From Nanobdellota archaeon (lineage in GTDB: Archaea > Nanobdellota > Nanobdellia > Pacearchaeales > JAHJTO01): DNA of 24,000 nucleotides. The translations under genes and the position numbers were made by a program. Of the stretch, positions 16,267 through 24,000 are shown piece after piece (positions within the stretch are counted from its first letter, which is position 1; the number at the start of each line of letters is the position of its first letter). The notes under the pieces were generated by a model. The model ran no database searches. It worked only from the letters and a program-made list of their open reading frames with translations, and was not told the origin of the DNA. The DNA lies in the NCBI GenBank assembly GCA_018829845.1, contig JAHJTO010000084.1:17004-41003 (forward strand), read 5' to 3'.

Positions 16267-16926
16267 ATGAATAATTCATCGCAAATTGTTGGAAGCACCG
16301 CAGACCATGTTGGAGAATTTATAGGAATAACTTTTGTGATCATAATTGCATTAGCAGTATTCATTCTTATTGTATTTGGATTTTACAAACTGATAATGTA
16401 TCTTTTCTTTAAGGAAGGGGAGAAAAAGGAAGTTGAGGAAGAGGGAAAGAGAAAACTTTCCGCTATAATGTTCACAGACATGAAAGGATTTAGTAAGGAA
16501 ATGGGAAAAAATGAAGAGGCAACGCTCAAAAAATTTTGGAGATATGAAAAGGCAATGAAGCAGATAGTCAAAGAACATGATGGAAGGGTTGTAAAAACCA
16601 TAGGGGATGCGATTATGGGGGATTTCAATTCTGCAGTCCAGGCAGTGAAGGCCGCAATGGAAATACAAAATCTTTTGAAGAAAGAGGATATTATGATAAG
16701 AATTGGAATACATCTCGGAGATGTTATTCACAAAGGTGGAGATATTTTTGGAGATGGAGTCAACATCGCAAGCAGAATAGAATCAATATGCGAGCCGGGC
16801 AAGATTTACATTTCAGAGGACGTTTACAGTCAAGTCAGGGGAAAAATAAATGTAAACTTTGAGAATCTTGGAAACAGGCCATTGAAGAATATTGATAGTC
16901 CTCCAAGAGTTTACAAGCTGAAATAA
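16267..16926 (+). CDS. Class III adenylate/guanylate cyclase domain with N-terminal TM helix
   Basis: TM segment GEFIGITFVIIIALAVFILIVFGFYKLIMYLFF; catalytic domain AIMFTDMKGFSKEM ... VKTIGDAIMGDF ... IRIGIHLGDVI ... IFGDGVNIASRIE. Confidence 0.9.
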   Translation: MNNSSQIVGSTADHVGEFIGITFVIIIALAVFILIVFGFYKLIMYLFFKEGEKKEVEEEGKRKLSAIMFTDMKGFSKEMGKNEEATLKKFWRYEKAMKQIVKEHDGRVVKTIGDAIMGDFNSAVQAVKAAMEIQNLLKKEDIMIRIGIHLGDVIHKGGDIFGDGVNIASRIESICEPGKIYISEDVYSQVRGKINVNFENLGNRPLKNIDSPPRVYKLK

Positions 16927-16931
16927 TTCTT

Positions 16932-18158
16932 CTAATTAATCGCACCATAGAAAACATTATATTTCTCCCTAGTTAATGTAACTTTCACTTTCTTTCCTAT
17001 CTTCGCATCACAGTCTGGAAGTGAGATTATTCTATCATTGGAGAATGCAAGTTTTTCTCCAGGAAATTTCCCATCACATACAATCCCACATTCGATCTTC
17101 TGATTTTTTCTGAACGGCTTCTTGAGAGTTATGCATTTTTTGATATTAAAATCATCTTTATCAAAAACAAGTTTTAAATTGTATTTCTTTTCGAATGGTC
17201 TCAATTTCTTGTAGAATTCTTCGAAACTTATCTGCTTTGCTGGCTGTTTTCCATATTCATACTCTAAAAAATTCTGTATTCCAATCATTGGAACCTCCTG
17301 TTGAGGTCTTATTTTTTTAAGTTCGAGAGAAAATTTGATCATATCCTCAATTTCATGGTCATTTATCCCTTGCATCCAAACTGGAGCAATGAGAATGTCT
17401 GCTTTCTTTGCAATGTACTTGCACATTTTGATAACGTGTTCTGAAGGGTATTCTTTTCCAGCAATCATTGTCCCCATTTCAGAACAAAGAGAATTAAGAG
17501 AAATATTGAATCTTGTTAGTCCTGCCTTGACAAGTTCATCAACAAGCTTTTCTGTGAGCAGGGTCCCATTGGTATCAATACTAATTAATGACGCATATCC
17601 TGAATCGGAAATTTTTTGTATGAGATAAGGGAGTTTTGAATACATAAGTGGTTCGCCCTGGGCGTTTATGTGGGCCTCAACTTCTACACCAGCTAAAAAC
17701 TTTTGCTCTGCAACCTTTGAGAATTCATCTGCAAGATAATCTGCATTAACAACAAAGTCTCTTTGTCTTTGATTTAGATCAACGGAGCAGAAAATGCAGT
17801 TTAGATTGCATCCAGTCAGGGGTCTGACTTCCACAACATTCGTATTTCTGTCCATAATTCCAAAATACAAACATCCAATCAGAGGCAGGAATCCTTCATA
17901 AACATAAATTGTGTCTTTTCCCTGCAGACTTTTCAATTCATGCAGCTTCCTATCAAGCATTGAATTAAATTTCTTCTTCACAAATTCTTCGTTACCTTGA
18001 ATGATTAGGGCTTTATCCTTGACTTTCCATTTTCCAAGTCTTTCAAGATCATCTTCCGAGAGATCAAAGTAATAGTATCCTAAAAAGAATCCTCTAACTG
18101 TGTTCTTCTCTTCAAAGAATTTGATATCTTCAAATTTGAATACTGTTTCTTTGGCCAT
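16932..18158 (-). CDS. Radical SAM protein with C-terminal TRAM-like segment
   Basis: TGCNLNCIFCSVD (CxxxCxxC), AHINAQGEPL, ISIDTNGTLL; C-terminal KIGKKVKVTLTREKYNVFYGAI. Confidence 0.85.
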   Translation of the reverse strand: MAKETVFKFEDIKFFEEKNTVRGFFLGYYYFDLSEDDLERLGKWKVKDKALIIQGNEEFVKKKFNSMLDRKLHELKSLQGKDTIYVYEGFLPLIGCLYFGIMDRNTNVVEVRPLTGCNLNCIFCSVDLNQRQRDFVVNADYLADEFSKVAEQKFLAGVEVEAHINAQGEPLMYSKLPYLIQKISDSGYASLISIDTNGTLLTEKLVDELVKAGLTRFNISLNSLCSEMGTMIAGKEYPSEHVIKMCKYIAKKADILIAPVWMQGINDHEIEDMIKFSLELKKIRPQQEVPMIGIQNFLEYEYGKQPAKQISFEEFYKKLRPFEKKYNLKLVFDKDDFNIKKCITLKKPFRKNQKIECGIVCDGKFPGEKLAFSNDRIISLPDCDAKIGKKVKVTLTREKYNVFYGAIN

Positions 18159-18258
18159 AAATAAAAGTATAATAAAAGACTTTTAAGCCTATCGAAATTA
18201 ATTTATTTGAAAGGTTTGAGAAGTAAAGTTTAAAACCACGAAAAATCAAGGAGATACA

Positions 18259-19848
18259 ATGGGAAGAGAAGAAGAGATGTTGAAAGAAAGGATGAGGAAG
18301 ATAGAAGAGATCAGAAAAGCAAAGATCAATCCCTACCCATATTCTTATGATGTTACTAATTATTCTAAGGATCTTCAAGAAAAATATGCTTATCTGAAAA
18401 ATGAGGAGAAGGCAAAGGAGAAAGTAAAAGTTGCTGGAAGAGTAATGACTGTTAGATCTTTTGGAAAGCTTTCATTCGTTCAGCTTCAGGACGCAAAGGG
18501 AAAGATACAGATTTTCGTTGAGGAAAATGCCCTTGGAGAGAAAGAGAATGCATTTTTCTTGAAATCAGTCGATTCCGGGGATTTCATAGGAGTTGAAGGA
18601 ATCATGCATAGGACCAAGAGAGGAGAAATATCTGTCCTTGCGCAGAAAATAGAAATATTGTCAAAAGGGATCCTTCCACTTCCTGAAAAATGGCATGGTT
18701 TGCAAGACAAGGAAGAAAGATACAGGCAGAGATATGTCGATCTGTTTATGAATCCTGATGTCAAGAAGACTTTCGAGTTGAGAACTCAGATAATCAATGC
18801 TCTAAGAGAATTCATGAATTCAAAGGGATTCATTGAAGTCGAGACTCCATTGCTTCAGCCGGTTTATGGGGGGGCGGAGGCAAGGCCTTTTGTCACTCAT
18901 CTTCATGAGTTGGGAGATTTGAAAATGTACATGTCAATCTCTCCAGAATTATATCTGAAAAGACTTATTGTCGGGGGATATGAGAAAGTTTACACAATAT
19001 GCAAGAGCTTCAGGAATGAAGGAATAGACAAGTCACATAACCCTGAATTCACAATGATAGAAGCCTACTGGGCCTATGCAGATTATGATGATATGATGAC
19101 TCTTTTTGAAGAGGCATATGAATACTGCATGAAGAAAGTTCTGGGAACGACGAAAATTGATTACCGGGGAAAAACTCTTGATTTCAAAAGGCCATGGACA
19201 AGACTTTCAGTATATGAAGGCTTGAAGAAATATGCAAAGATTGATGTTGAAAAAATGCCTGACAAGGAGCTTTTGAAGAAGGCAAAGGAATTGAATCTTG
19301 AAATTGATGAAAAAACCCCTAGGGGCCTTGTGATATTCGCAATATTTGAGCATCTTGTTGAAGAACATTTAGTGCAGCCAATCCATATCATAAATCATCC
19401 AAAGGAAACAACTCCTCTTTGCAAAATCCATAGAAAAAATCCTGCTTTGATAGAAAGAGATGAGCCATTCATAGCGAACATGGAGGTCGGAAACATTTAT
19501 TCTGAATTGAACGATCCTGTCTTGCAGAGAAAACTGTTTAAAGAGCAGGCAGAGTACATTAAGAAAAAGGGCCTTGATTACCCTCAAGACAAGGATTTCT
19601 TGAATTCATTGGAATATGGGATGCCCCCTACAGGCGGTCTTGGATTGGGGATTGACAGGATGATAATGCTTCTTACAAACTCAGCATCCATAAGAGATGT
19701 TATTTTCTTCCCATTCATGCGACCTGAAATTGAGGCAAAAGAAGAGAAGATAATAGAGCAAGCTGAACAAAAACAAGAAAAGAAAGATACTGGACTAAAG
19801 AAAGAGCCAAAAAAGGCTGTCAAAAAATCAAAGAATTCTAAAGAATAA
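18259..19848 (+). CDS. lysS: Lysyl-tRNA synthetase, class II
   Basis: RYVDLFMNPDVKKTFELRTQIINALREFM, VETPLLQPVYGGAEARPFVTHLHELGDLKMYMSISPELYLKRLIVGGYEKVY, GLGLGIDRMIMLLTN. Confidence 0.97.
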   Translation: MGREEEMLKERMRKIEEIRKAKINPYPYSYDVTNYSKDLQEKYAYLKNEEKAKEKVKVAGRVMTVRSFGKLSFVQLQDAKGKIQIFVEENALGEKENAFFLKSVDSGDFIGVEGIMHRTKRGEISVLAQKIEILSKGILPLPEKWHGLQDKEERYRQRYVDLFMNPDVKKTFELRTQIINALREFMNSKGFIEVETPLLQPVYGGAEARPFVTHLHELGDLKMYMSISPELYLKRLIVGGYEKVYTICKSFRNEGIDKSHNPEFTMIEAYWAYADYDDMMTLFEEAYEYCMKKVLGTTKIDYRGKTLDFKRPWTRLSVYEGLKKYAKIDVEKMPDKELLKKAKELNLEIDEKTPRGLVIFAIFEHLVEEHLVQPIHIINHPKETTPLCKIHRKNPALIERDEPFIANMEVGNIYSELNDPVLQRKLFKEQAEYIKKKGLDYPQDKDFLNSLEYGMPPTGGLGLGIDRMIMLLTNSASIRDVIFFPFMRPEIEAKEEKIIEQAEQKQEKKDTGLKKEPKKAVKKSKNSKE

Positions 19849-19873
19849 TGATTCATAGGAAGGTTTATAAATA

Positions 19874-19901
19874 TTGATACTTTTAAAGTATCAATTGATA
19901 C
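19874..19901 (+). promoter_or_regulatory. Palindromic operator between TATA box and start of RelE-like module
   Basis: TTGATAC-TTTTAAA-GTATCAA-TTGATAC: three alternating copies, immediately 3' of TTTATAAATA and just 5' of ATG 19904. Confidence 0.75.
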
Positions 19902-19903
19902 AT

Positions 19904-20227
19904 ATGAAAAACAAAATGACAATTCAAAAATTGAAATTCAGTGAAACAGAAATGGTTGAAAAGGAAAATCATAAAATAAAAAGATATCCCAATCTTAATA
20001 CTGTGTTAATGGTTGAAAATTTTCTGAAAGAACATAGAGACCTCCCTTTGAAACTATCTGATCTTAAAAGACAGCTCCCAAAACAAGTGATGCATCAGAC
20101 TCTGAAAATAATCCTAGAGTATTTATGGGAAAGCGGAAAAATTATCTATGGCCCGAAGGGAATCCAATGGATTTATTCTGAACCTGGCCATTTGAAGAAG
20201 ATGCTGCATGGGGCGCTGGAGGTGTGA
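19904..20227 (+). CDS. Small wHTH-like protein, candidate antitoxin/regulator
   Basis: PNLNTVLMVENFLKEHRDLPLKLSDLKRQLPKQVMHQTLKIILEYLWESGKIIYGPKGIQWIY. ATG 19904 preferred over the TTG start at 19874. Confidence 0.65.
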   Translation: MKNKMTIQKLKFSETEMVEKENHKIKRYPNLNTVLMVENFLKEHRDLPLKLSDLKRQLPKQVMHQTLKIILEYLWESGKIIYGPKGIQWIYSEPGHLKKMLHGALEV

Positions 20228-20228
20228 T

Positions 20229-20576
20229 ATGGCCTGGAACAAGCAAATCAGAATTTTATTAAGAGGGCAAGCACAGGAGAGTTTTTTAAAGTTAAAAGAA
20301 AGAAAAGATAAAGAAGCGCAGATTCTTGTTAAATCAATTCATAGAATCATGGAGATTCTCAAGAAAAATCCCCAATTTGGAGACCCCATAAGGAAGGAAT
20401 TAATTCCAGAAGCATTTATAAAAGCGGGAATAAAAAACTTATATCGTGTTGAGCTATCCAATTTCTGGAGAATGCTTTATACCCTTGATGGAAATAAAAT
20501 CGAAATATTCCTTTTTATATTAAGTATCGTTGATCATCCGGCCTATGATAAATTGTTTGGTTACAGAGGAAGGTAA
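20229..20576 (+). CDS. RelE/ParE-superfamily-like protein, candidate toxin
   Basis: MAWNKQIRILLRGQAQESFLKLKER ... DPIRKELIPEAFIKAGIKNLYRVELSNFWRMLYTLDGNKIEIFLFILSIVDHPAYDKLFGYR. Confidence 0.7.
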   Translation: MAWNKQIRILLRGQAQESFLKLKERKDKEAQILVKSIHRIMEILKKNPQFGDPIRKELIPEAFIKAGIKNLYRVELSNFWRMLYTLDGNKIEIFLFILSIVDHPAYDKLFGYRGR

Positions 20577-20584
20577 TCTGAAAA

Positions 20585-20785
20585 ATGCCAAAAAATCAAA
20601 AAAATAAAAATAAGGTTCCAAGACTTGCTATCAGATTTAATTTAAAGAAAGCTCTTCCAAAAGATGCAAGGATTGGAAGCAAGGTCCCAGAAGCTCTTGA
20701 TAAAAAAGTTTCAGAAATGCTTCAGAAAGCTTTTGATAGGATGAAGCAGAATAAAAGAACCACAATTCTTCCACAGGATTTGTAA
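20585..20785 (+). CDS. Short histone-fold-like basic protein
   Basis: RIGSKVPEALDKKVSEMLQKAFDRMKQNKRTTILPQDL resembles helix 2 - loop 2 (R-T-I/V-..-D) of archaeal histones, ending right at DL. Confidence 0.4.
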   Translation: MPKNQKNKNKVPRLAIRFNLKKALPKDARIGSKVPEALDKKVSEMLQKAFDRMKQNKRTTILPQDL

Positions 20786-20789
20786 TGGG

Positions 20790-21017
20790 TTCCCTAAGCC
20801 AATTGAGAAAAGAACTGAAAAGGCAAAACCTACAAGCCTAAGGGGAAGATTTGGAAGAATACACACAACAACTGATGTTTTTGAAAATGTAGTCCATGTT
20901 TCGGATGCTCCTGAAACTGCTGAAGCTGAGAGTGAACTATGGTTTAGTCCTAAAGAACTGACTGAAACAATATATGGCACTAAACAAGAAAATGTTGAAG
21001 AGGCTGTTTGGGCATAA
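20790..21017 (+). pseudogene. NDK C-terminal-like fragment without an in-frame start codon
   Basis: Frame reads FPKPIEKRTEKAKPTSLRGRFGRIHTTTDVFENVVHVSDAPETAEAESELWFSPKELTETIYGTKQENVEEAVWA*, resembling the nucleoside diphosphate kinase C-terminus (RGxF ... NVVHxSDSPExAExE..LWF.P.EL). Confidence 0.5.
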
Positions 21018-21073
21018 ATTTTCTAAGAAACATTTATATTTCTATTGAGTTTTAGAGGTTTAAGTAAAAGAAT

Positions 21074-21433
21074 ATGGTGAATAAGAAAAAACTTCTGAAG
21101 AAAGAAAAGAATAAGAAAGATAAAGAATGGGCGATTGCTGTGAAAGAGAGATTTAACAATGGATGTGCCATATGCAACCGGAAAGATTATCTAAATGCCC
21201 ATCATATAATCCCACGGGAATTTGCTGAGACTCGCTGGGATTCAATGAATGGGGTTGCCGTTTGTCCAGTACACCATAAATTGGGGAATTTTAGCTTTCA
21301 TAAAAATGGGTTGTGGGCAATCAATGTTTTAAAGAAAAAATATCCTGAGATGCATGATTATCTTGTTGATAAAATTTGCACCATTGAAATCGATAGAGAT
21401 AAGGAATCTTTAGAAAAATTAGAAGAAAAATGA
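21074..21433 (+). CDS. HNH endonuclease family protein
   Basis: NGCAICNRKDYLNAHHIIPREFAETRWDSMNGVAVCPVHHKLGNFSFHKN. Confidence 0.88.
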   Translation: MVNKKKLLKKEKNKKDKEWAIAVKERFNNGCAICNRKDYLNAHHIIPREFAETRWDSMNGVAVCPVHHKLGNFSFHKNGLWAINVLKKKYPEMHDYLVDKICTIEIDRDKESLEKLEEK

Positions 21434-22185
21434 AAACTAAAGAAGAAAAGGAATCTAGGAAGGCCTATAATTCCATGGCCGAATGGTATAATCATGTCAG
21501 GACAAAAATGTATCCGAAGGGATGGTTTTACAATGAACTTCTTGAAATGCCTGCAACACTTGAACTCCTGGGAAATGTAAGAGGAAAGAAGATTCTTGAT
21601 TTTGGGTGTGGGACGGGAATTTATGCTAAATTGCTTACAAAGAAGGGGGCAAAGCTAAAAGGATTTGACCTTTCTGATGAAATGCTAAAAATAGCGAGAA
21701 AGAATAATCCGAAATTAGATCTTCGACAGGGTTCTGGATACAAAATTCCGTTCAATGAAAAATTTGATATGGTCTATGCTGCATTGGTGATAGATTATTT
21801 CAAGGATTGGGATAAAGTTTTCAAACAGGTTTCAAGAGTTCTGAAGAAAGGGGGAATTTTCATATTCTCTGCTGGAAATCCCGTTTCAGAATGCAAAATA
21901 AATGTAAAATGCGGTAGAAAAAAATTCAAAGCACTTGGGATCAAAGATTATTTTGATGAAAAGGCAATTTATACAGATTGGATACTGGATGAGAGGAAAG
22001 TAAGAGTCCCAGCCTATCATAAGACCTATGAAACTATAATCAAAACAATAGTGCGAAATGGTTTTGAATTAATTGATTACAAGGATGCATTTCCATTGAA
22101 AAAGGCGAAGAAACTTTTTCCGTATGATTATGAGTTATATTCCAAAATCCCATTTTTCTGTGCTTTCAAACTAAAGAAAAAATGA
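21430..22185 (+). CDS. SAM-dependent class I methyltransferase
   Basis: GKKILDFGCGTGIYAKLLTKKGAKLKGFDLSDEMLKIARKNNP; overlaps the upstream stop. Confidence 0.93.
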   Translation: MKTKEEKESRKAYNSMAEWYNHVRTKMYPKGWFYNELLEMPATLELLGNVRGKKILDFGCGTGIYAKLLTKKGAKLKGFDLSDEMLKIARKNNPKLDLRQGSGYKIPFNEKFDMVYAALVIDYFKDWDKVFKQVSRVLKKGGIFIFSAGNPVSECKINVKCGRKKFKALGIKDYFDEKAIYTDWILDERKVRVPAYHKTYETIIKTIVRNGFELIDYKDAFPLKKAKKLFPYDYELYSKIPFFCAFKLKKK

Positions 22186-22218
22186 AACAAAAGGTTTAAA
22201 TATATCATGATTGTGATA

Positions 22219-22244
22219 ATAGTTATCATTATGATGATAACTAT
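22219..22244 (+). promoter_or_regulatory. Palindromic operator upstream of MNT-HEPN module
   Basis: ATAGTTATCAT-TATG-ATGATAACTAT, perfect 11-bp arms, between the TATA-like TTTAAATATA and ATG 22253. Confidence 0.75.
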
Positions 22245-22252
22245 AAGTTAAA

Positions 22253-22765
22253 ATGAACTTACTTAATACTCTAAAAAGATGCAGGGATATTAGAAGGATA
22301 TTTGGAGAGAGAGAGATTGTGATAATTGAAAAGCAGCTTTTAGGAGTAAGGCTAAAGCCTTCTGAAAAGACAAGATTATCCAGAGATATAAGAAAAAAAT
22401 TTGATGCTATAAATGAACTTTTGCCATTCAGCTCAGAATTTGAATTGAAGCATGGGGCAGTGCTTAAGGAAAAAATAAACGATGCAAAGGAAGCAATCCT
22501 TGATAGCAAGTATTTCCCAAAAATTAATAGGATAATTTTATTTGGGTCTGCAGCAGAGAATAATCTTGCATTGATATCTGACATAGACATAGCGGTCGAA
22601 TTTTATGATATTTCAAATGAGGAAGCCACCAAATTTAGAATAGAGATATCTGGAAAAGTAAGTGAGAAAATAGATGTGCAAGTATACAATGTTCTTCCAG
22701 ACAAGGTCAAAAAAGAGATAGATTTGAAAGGGAGGACAATCTATGAATCAAAGAATCAAAGATAA
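22253..22765 (+). CDS. mntA: MNT-family nucleotidyltransferase (MntA-like antitoxin)
   Basis: INRIILFGSAAENNLALISDIDIAVEF = GSx10DxD. Confidence 0.88.
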   Translation: MNLLNTLKRCRDIRRIFGEREIVIIEKQLLGVRLKPSEKTRLSRDIRKKFDAINELLPFSSEFELKHGAVLKEKINDAKEAILDSKYFPKINRIILFGSAAENNLALISDIDIAVEFYDISNEEATKFRIEISGKVSEKIDVQVYNVLPDKVKKEIDLKGRTIYESKNQR

Positions 22766-23156
22766 AATAGAAGATATAGAAAGATATCTCTCCGAGCTTT
22801 ATTCTATGGTTCCTTTAAGCTTTAAAGAGTATGAACAAGACCTTAAATCAAAGGCAGCATGTGAAAGATATATTGAAAAAATTGTTGAAGCATTTGTTGA
22901 TTTGGGGTTTTTGGCTATAAAAGAGAAAAAACTAGACATGCCTGAAGATGATCTGCAAATATTTGACATATTACAAAATTGTGGGCTTCTGACAAATGAG
23001 CTTTCAAACAACCTTCAAAATGCAAAAAGGATGAGAAATGTGATAGTTCATGAATATGGTCATATTGATGATGGGATAGTTTTCAATGCCCTTCACGAAA
23101 AGTTAAAGAAAGATGTTGAAGAGTTTATCCAATGCATAAAAGAGAATTTAAAATGA
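22743..23156 (+). CDS. hepT: HEPN domain protein (HepT-like toxin)
   Basis: ACERYIEKIVEAFVDLG ... AKRMRNVIVHEYGHIDD = Rx4HxY motif. Overlaps the MNT gene. Confidence 0.88.
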   Translation: MNQRIKDKIEDIERYLSELYSMVPLSFKEYEQDLKSKAACERYIEKIVEAFVDLGFLAIKEKKLDMPEDDLQIFDILQNCGLLTNELSNNLQNAKRMRNVIVHEYGHIDDGIVFNALHEKLKKDVEEFIQCIKENLK

Positions 23157-23248
23157 AATCAGAAAACCAACCGCATAAAGCACTATTTTGGAAGAAACTT
23201 GGAAAAAGCTTTAATCGTTTTATTGGATCAATCGTGGTAAACAGCTAG
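23153..23248 (+). CDS. 31-aa small ORF coupled (ATGA) to the HEPN gene
   Basis: MKSENQPHKALFWKKLGKSFNRFIGSIVVNS*; starts inside the HEPN stop codon. Not in the supplied ORF list (too short). Confidence 0.35.
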   Translation: MKSENQPHKALFWKKLGKSFNRFIGSIVVNS

Positions 23249-23272
23249 AACCAAAAGGTTTAAATATTCTTT

Positions 23273-23290
23273 ATACGTATATATACGTAT
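23273..23290 (+). promoter_or_regulatory. 18-bp perfect palindrome overlapping the start of an RHH ORF
   Basis: ATACGTATATATACGTAT, downstream of GGTTTAAATATTC. Confidence 0.75.
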
Positions 23291-23441
23291 GGTGTCATCA
23301 CAAGTAAAAAAGGGAAATGCAAAATTGACCCTGTCTATAAATGAAAAGATTCTTGGGATATATAAGAAGCATTGTGATAAAAATGGAATGACTATCTCAA
23401 AACAGGTTGAAATTTATATGAAAGAACAATTGAAAAAATGA
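23289..23441 (+). CDS. Ribbon-helix-helix (CopG-like) small protein
   Basis: MVSSQVKKGNAKLTLSINEKILGIYKKHCDKNGMTISKQVEIYMKEQLKK*. Not in the supplied ORF list. Confidence 0.6.
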   Translation: MVSSQVKKGNAKLTLSINEKILGIYKKHCDKNGMTISKQVEIYMKEQLKK

Positions 23442-24000
23442 AAAAACTTAATCTTGAAAAAAGTAAGGAAAAAATTAGAGAGTTATATTTTGATAAAGGG
23501 AAATCTTTAAGGTTTATAGCTAGTGAAATTGGAGCCAGTATGGGAACAATTAGAAAGAATATGGTTTTGTGGGGATTTAAAAGAAGACCTACAACCAAAA
23601 GGGAATTGAATAAATTATCAAAAGATGATTTGGACAATTGTTATAATGTTCAAAAACTGACCTTGGATAAGATTGCAATGAAAGAGGGAGTTGCAACGAG
23701 CACTGTTTTCAGATGGATGAATGAAATGAATATTCCTGCTAGAAAATATAAATATGAAAAACATAATTTTTCAGAGGATCCAAAAGAAAGAGAATATATT
23801 TGTGGTCTTGCATTTGGCGACTTTCATACCCACAAACATTCAAGACAGATTTTAACTGAACTAACTACTACTCATCCTGCAATGATTCAATTGTTTTATT
23901 CTATATTTGAAAAATATGGCTCTCCTAAAAAATACATTAAACATAACAAAATTTTGGGTAGAAATGAGTGGAAAACATATGTTTTACTGAATGATTCATT
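23438..24000 (+). CDS. HTH + LAGLIDADG-like endonuclease protein, 3' truncated by window edge
   Basis: ATG overlaps the RHH stop (ATGA). N-terminal HTHs (KSLRFIASEIGASMGTIRKNMVLWGFKRRP; LTLDKIAMKEGVATSTVFRWMNEMNI), then REYICGLAFGDFHTHKHSRQILTELTTTHPAMIQLFYSIFEKYGSPKKYI. Open to the window end, so missed by the ORF track. Confidence 0.6.
   Translation, partial: MKKLNLEKSKEKIRELYFDKGKSLRFIASEIGASMGTIRKNMVLWGFKRRPTTKRELNKLSKDDLDNCYNVQKLTLDKIAMKEGVATSTVFRWMNEMNIPARKYKYEKHNFSEDPKEREYICGLAFGDFHTHKHSRQILTELTTTHPAMIQLFYSIFEKYGSPKKYIKHNKILGRNEWKTYVLLNDS

Noticed and set aside
1-24000. CRISPR array or cas genes
   Set aside because: No regularly spaced direct repeats and no Cas-like ORFs were seen.

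Overview
Archaeal (most likely DPANN-type) genome fragment. It has an rRNA operon (16S, tRNA-Ala(UGC), 23S) whose 23S gene carries a self-splicing-type group I intron of about 736 nt with a LAGLIDADG ORF. This is followed by a probable RNase P RNA and a 73-nt tRNA-Phe(GAA) interrupted by two non-canonical bulge-helix-bulge (BHB) introns, one inside the acceptor stem after nucleotide 4 and one between nucleotides 27 and 28. A free-standing LAGLIDADG gene lies next to the tRNA. The rest is a dense gene array: pilin-like protein, cysS, NFACT-R, Nudix, YhbY/CRM protein, S19e-L39e-L31e, HExxH protein, cbf5/truB, class III nucleotidyl cyclase, radical SAM, lysS, a RelE-like toxin module, histone-like ORF, HNH nuclease, methyltransferase, HEPN/MNT module, and a ribbon-helix-helix (RHH) ORF coupled to an HTH-LAGLIDADG-like ORF running off the window. 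The strongest unusual signals are the two-intron tRNA-Phe, the group I intron, a covarying bulged-hairpin family repeated in the rRNA spacer, the post-23S region and the RNase P RNA 5' domain, palindromic operators in front of three small modules, and a three-gene minus-strand cluster with a JAMM-like protein. No database search was run. All family names come from motif recognition, and all RNA structures were folded by eye.
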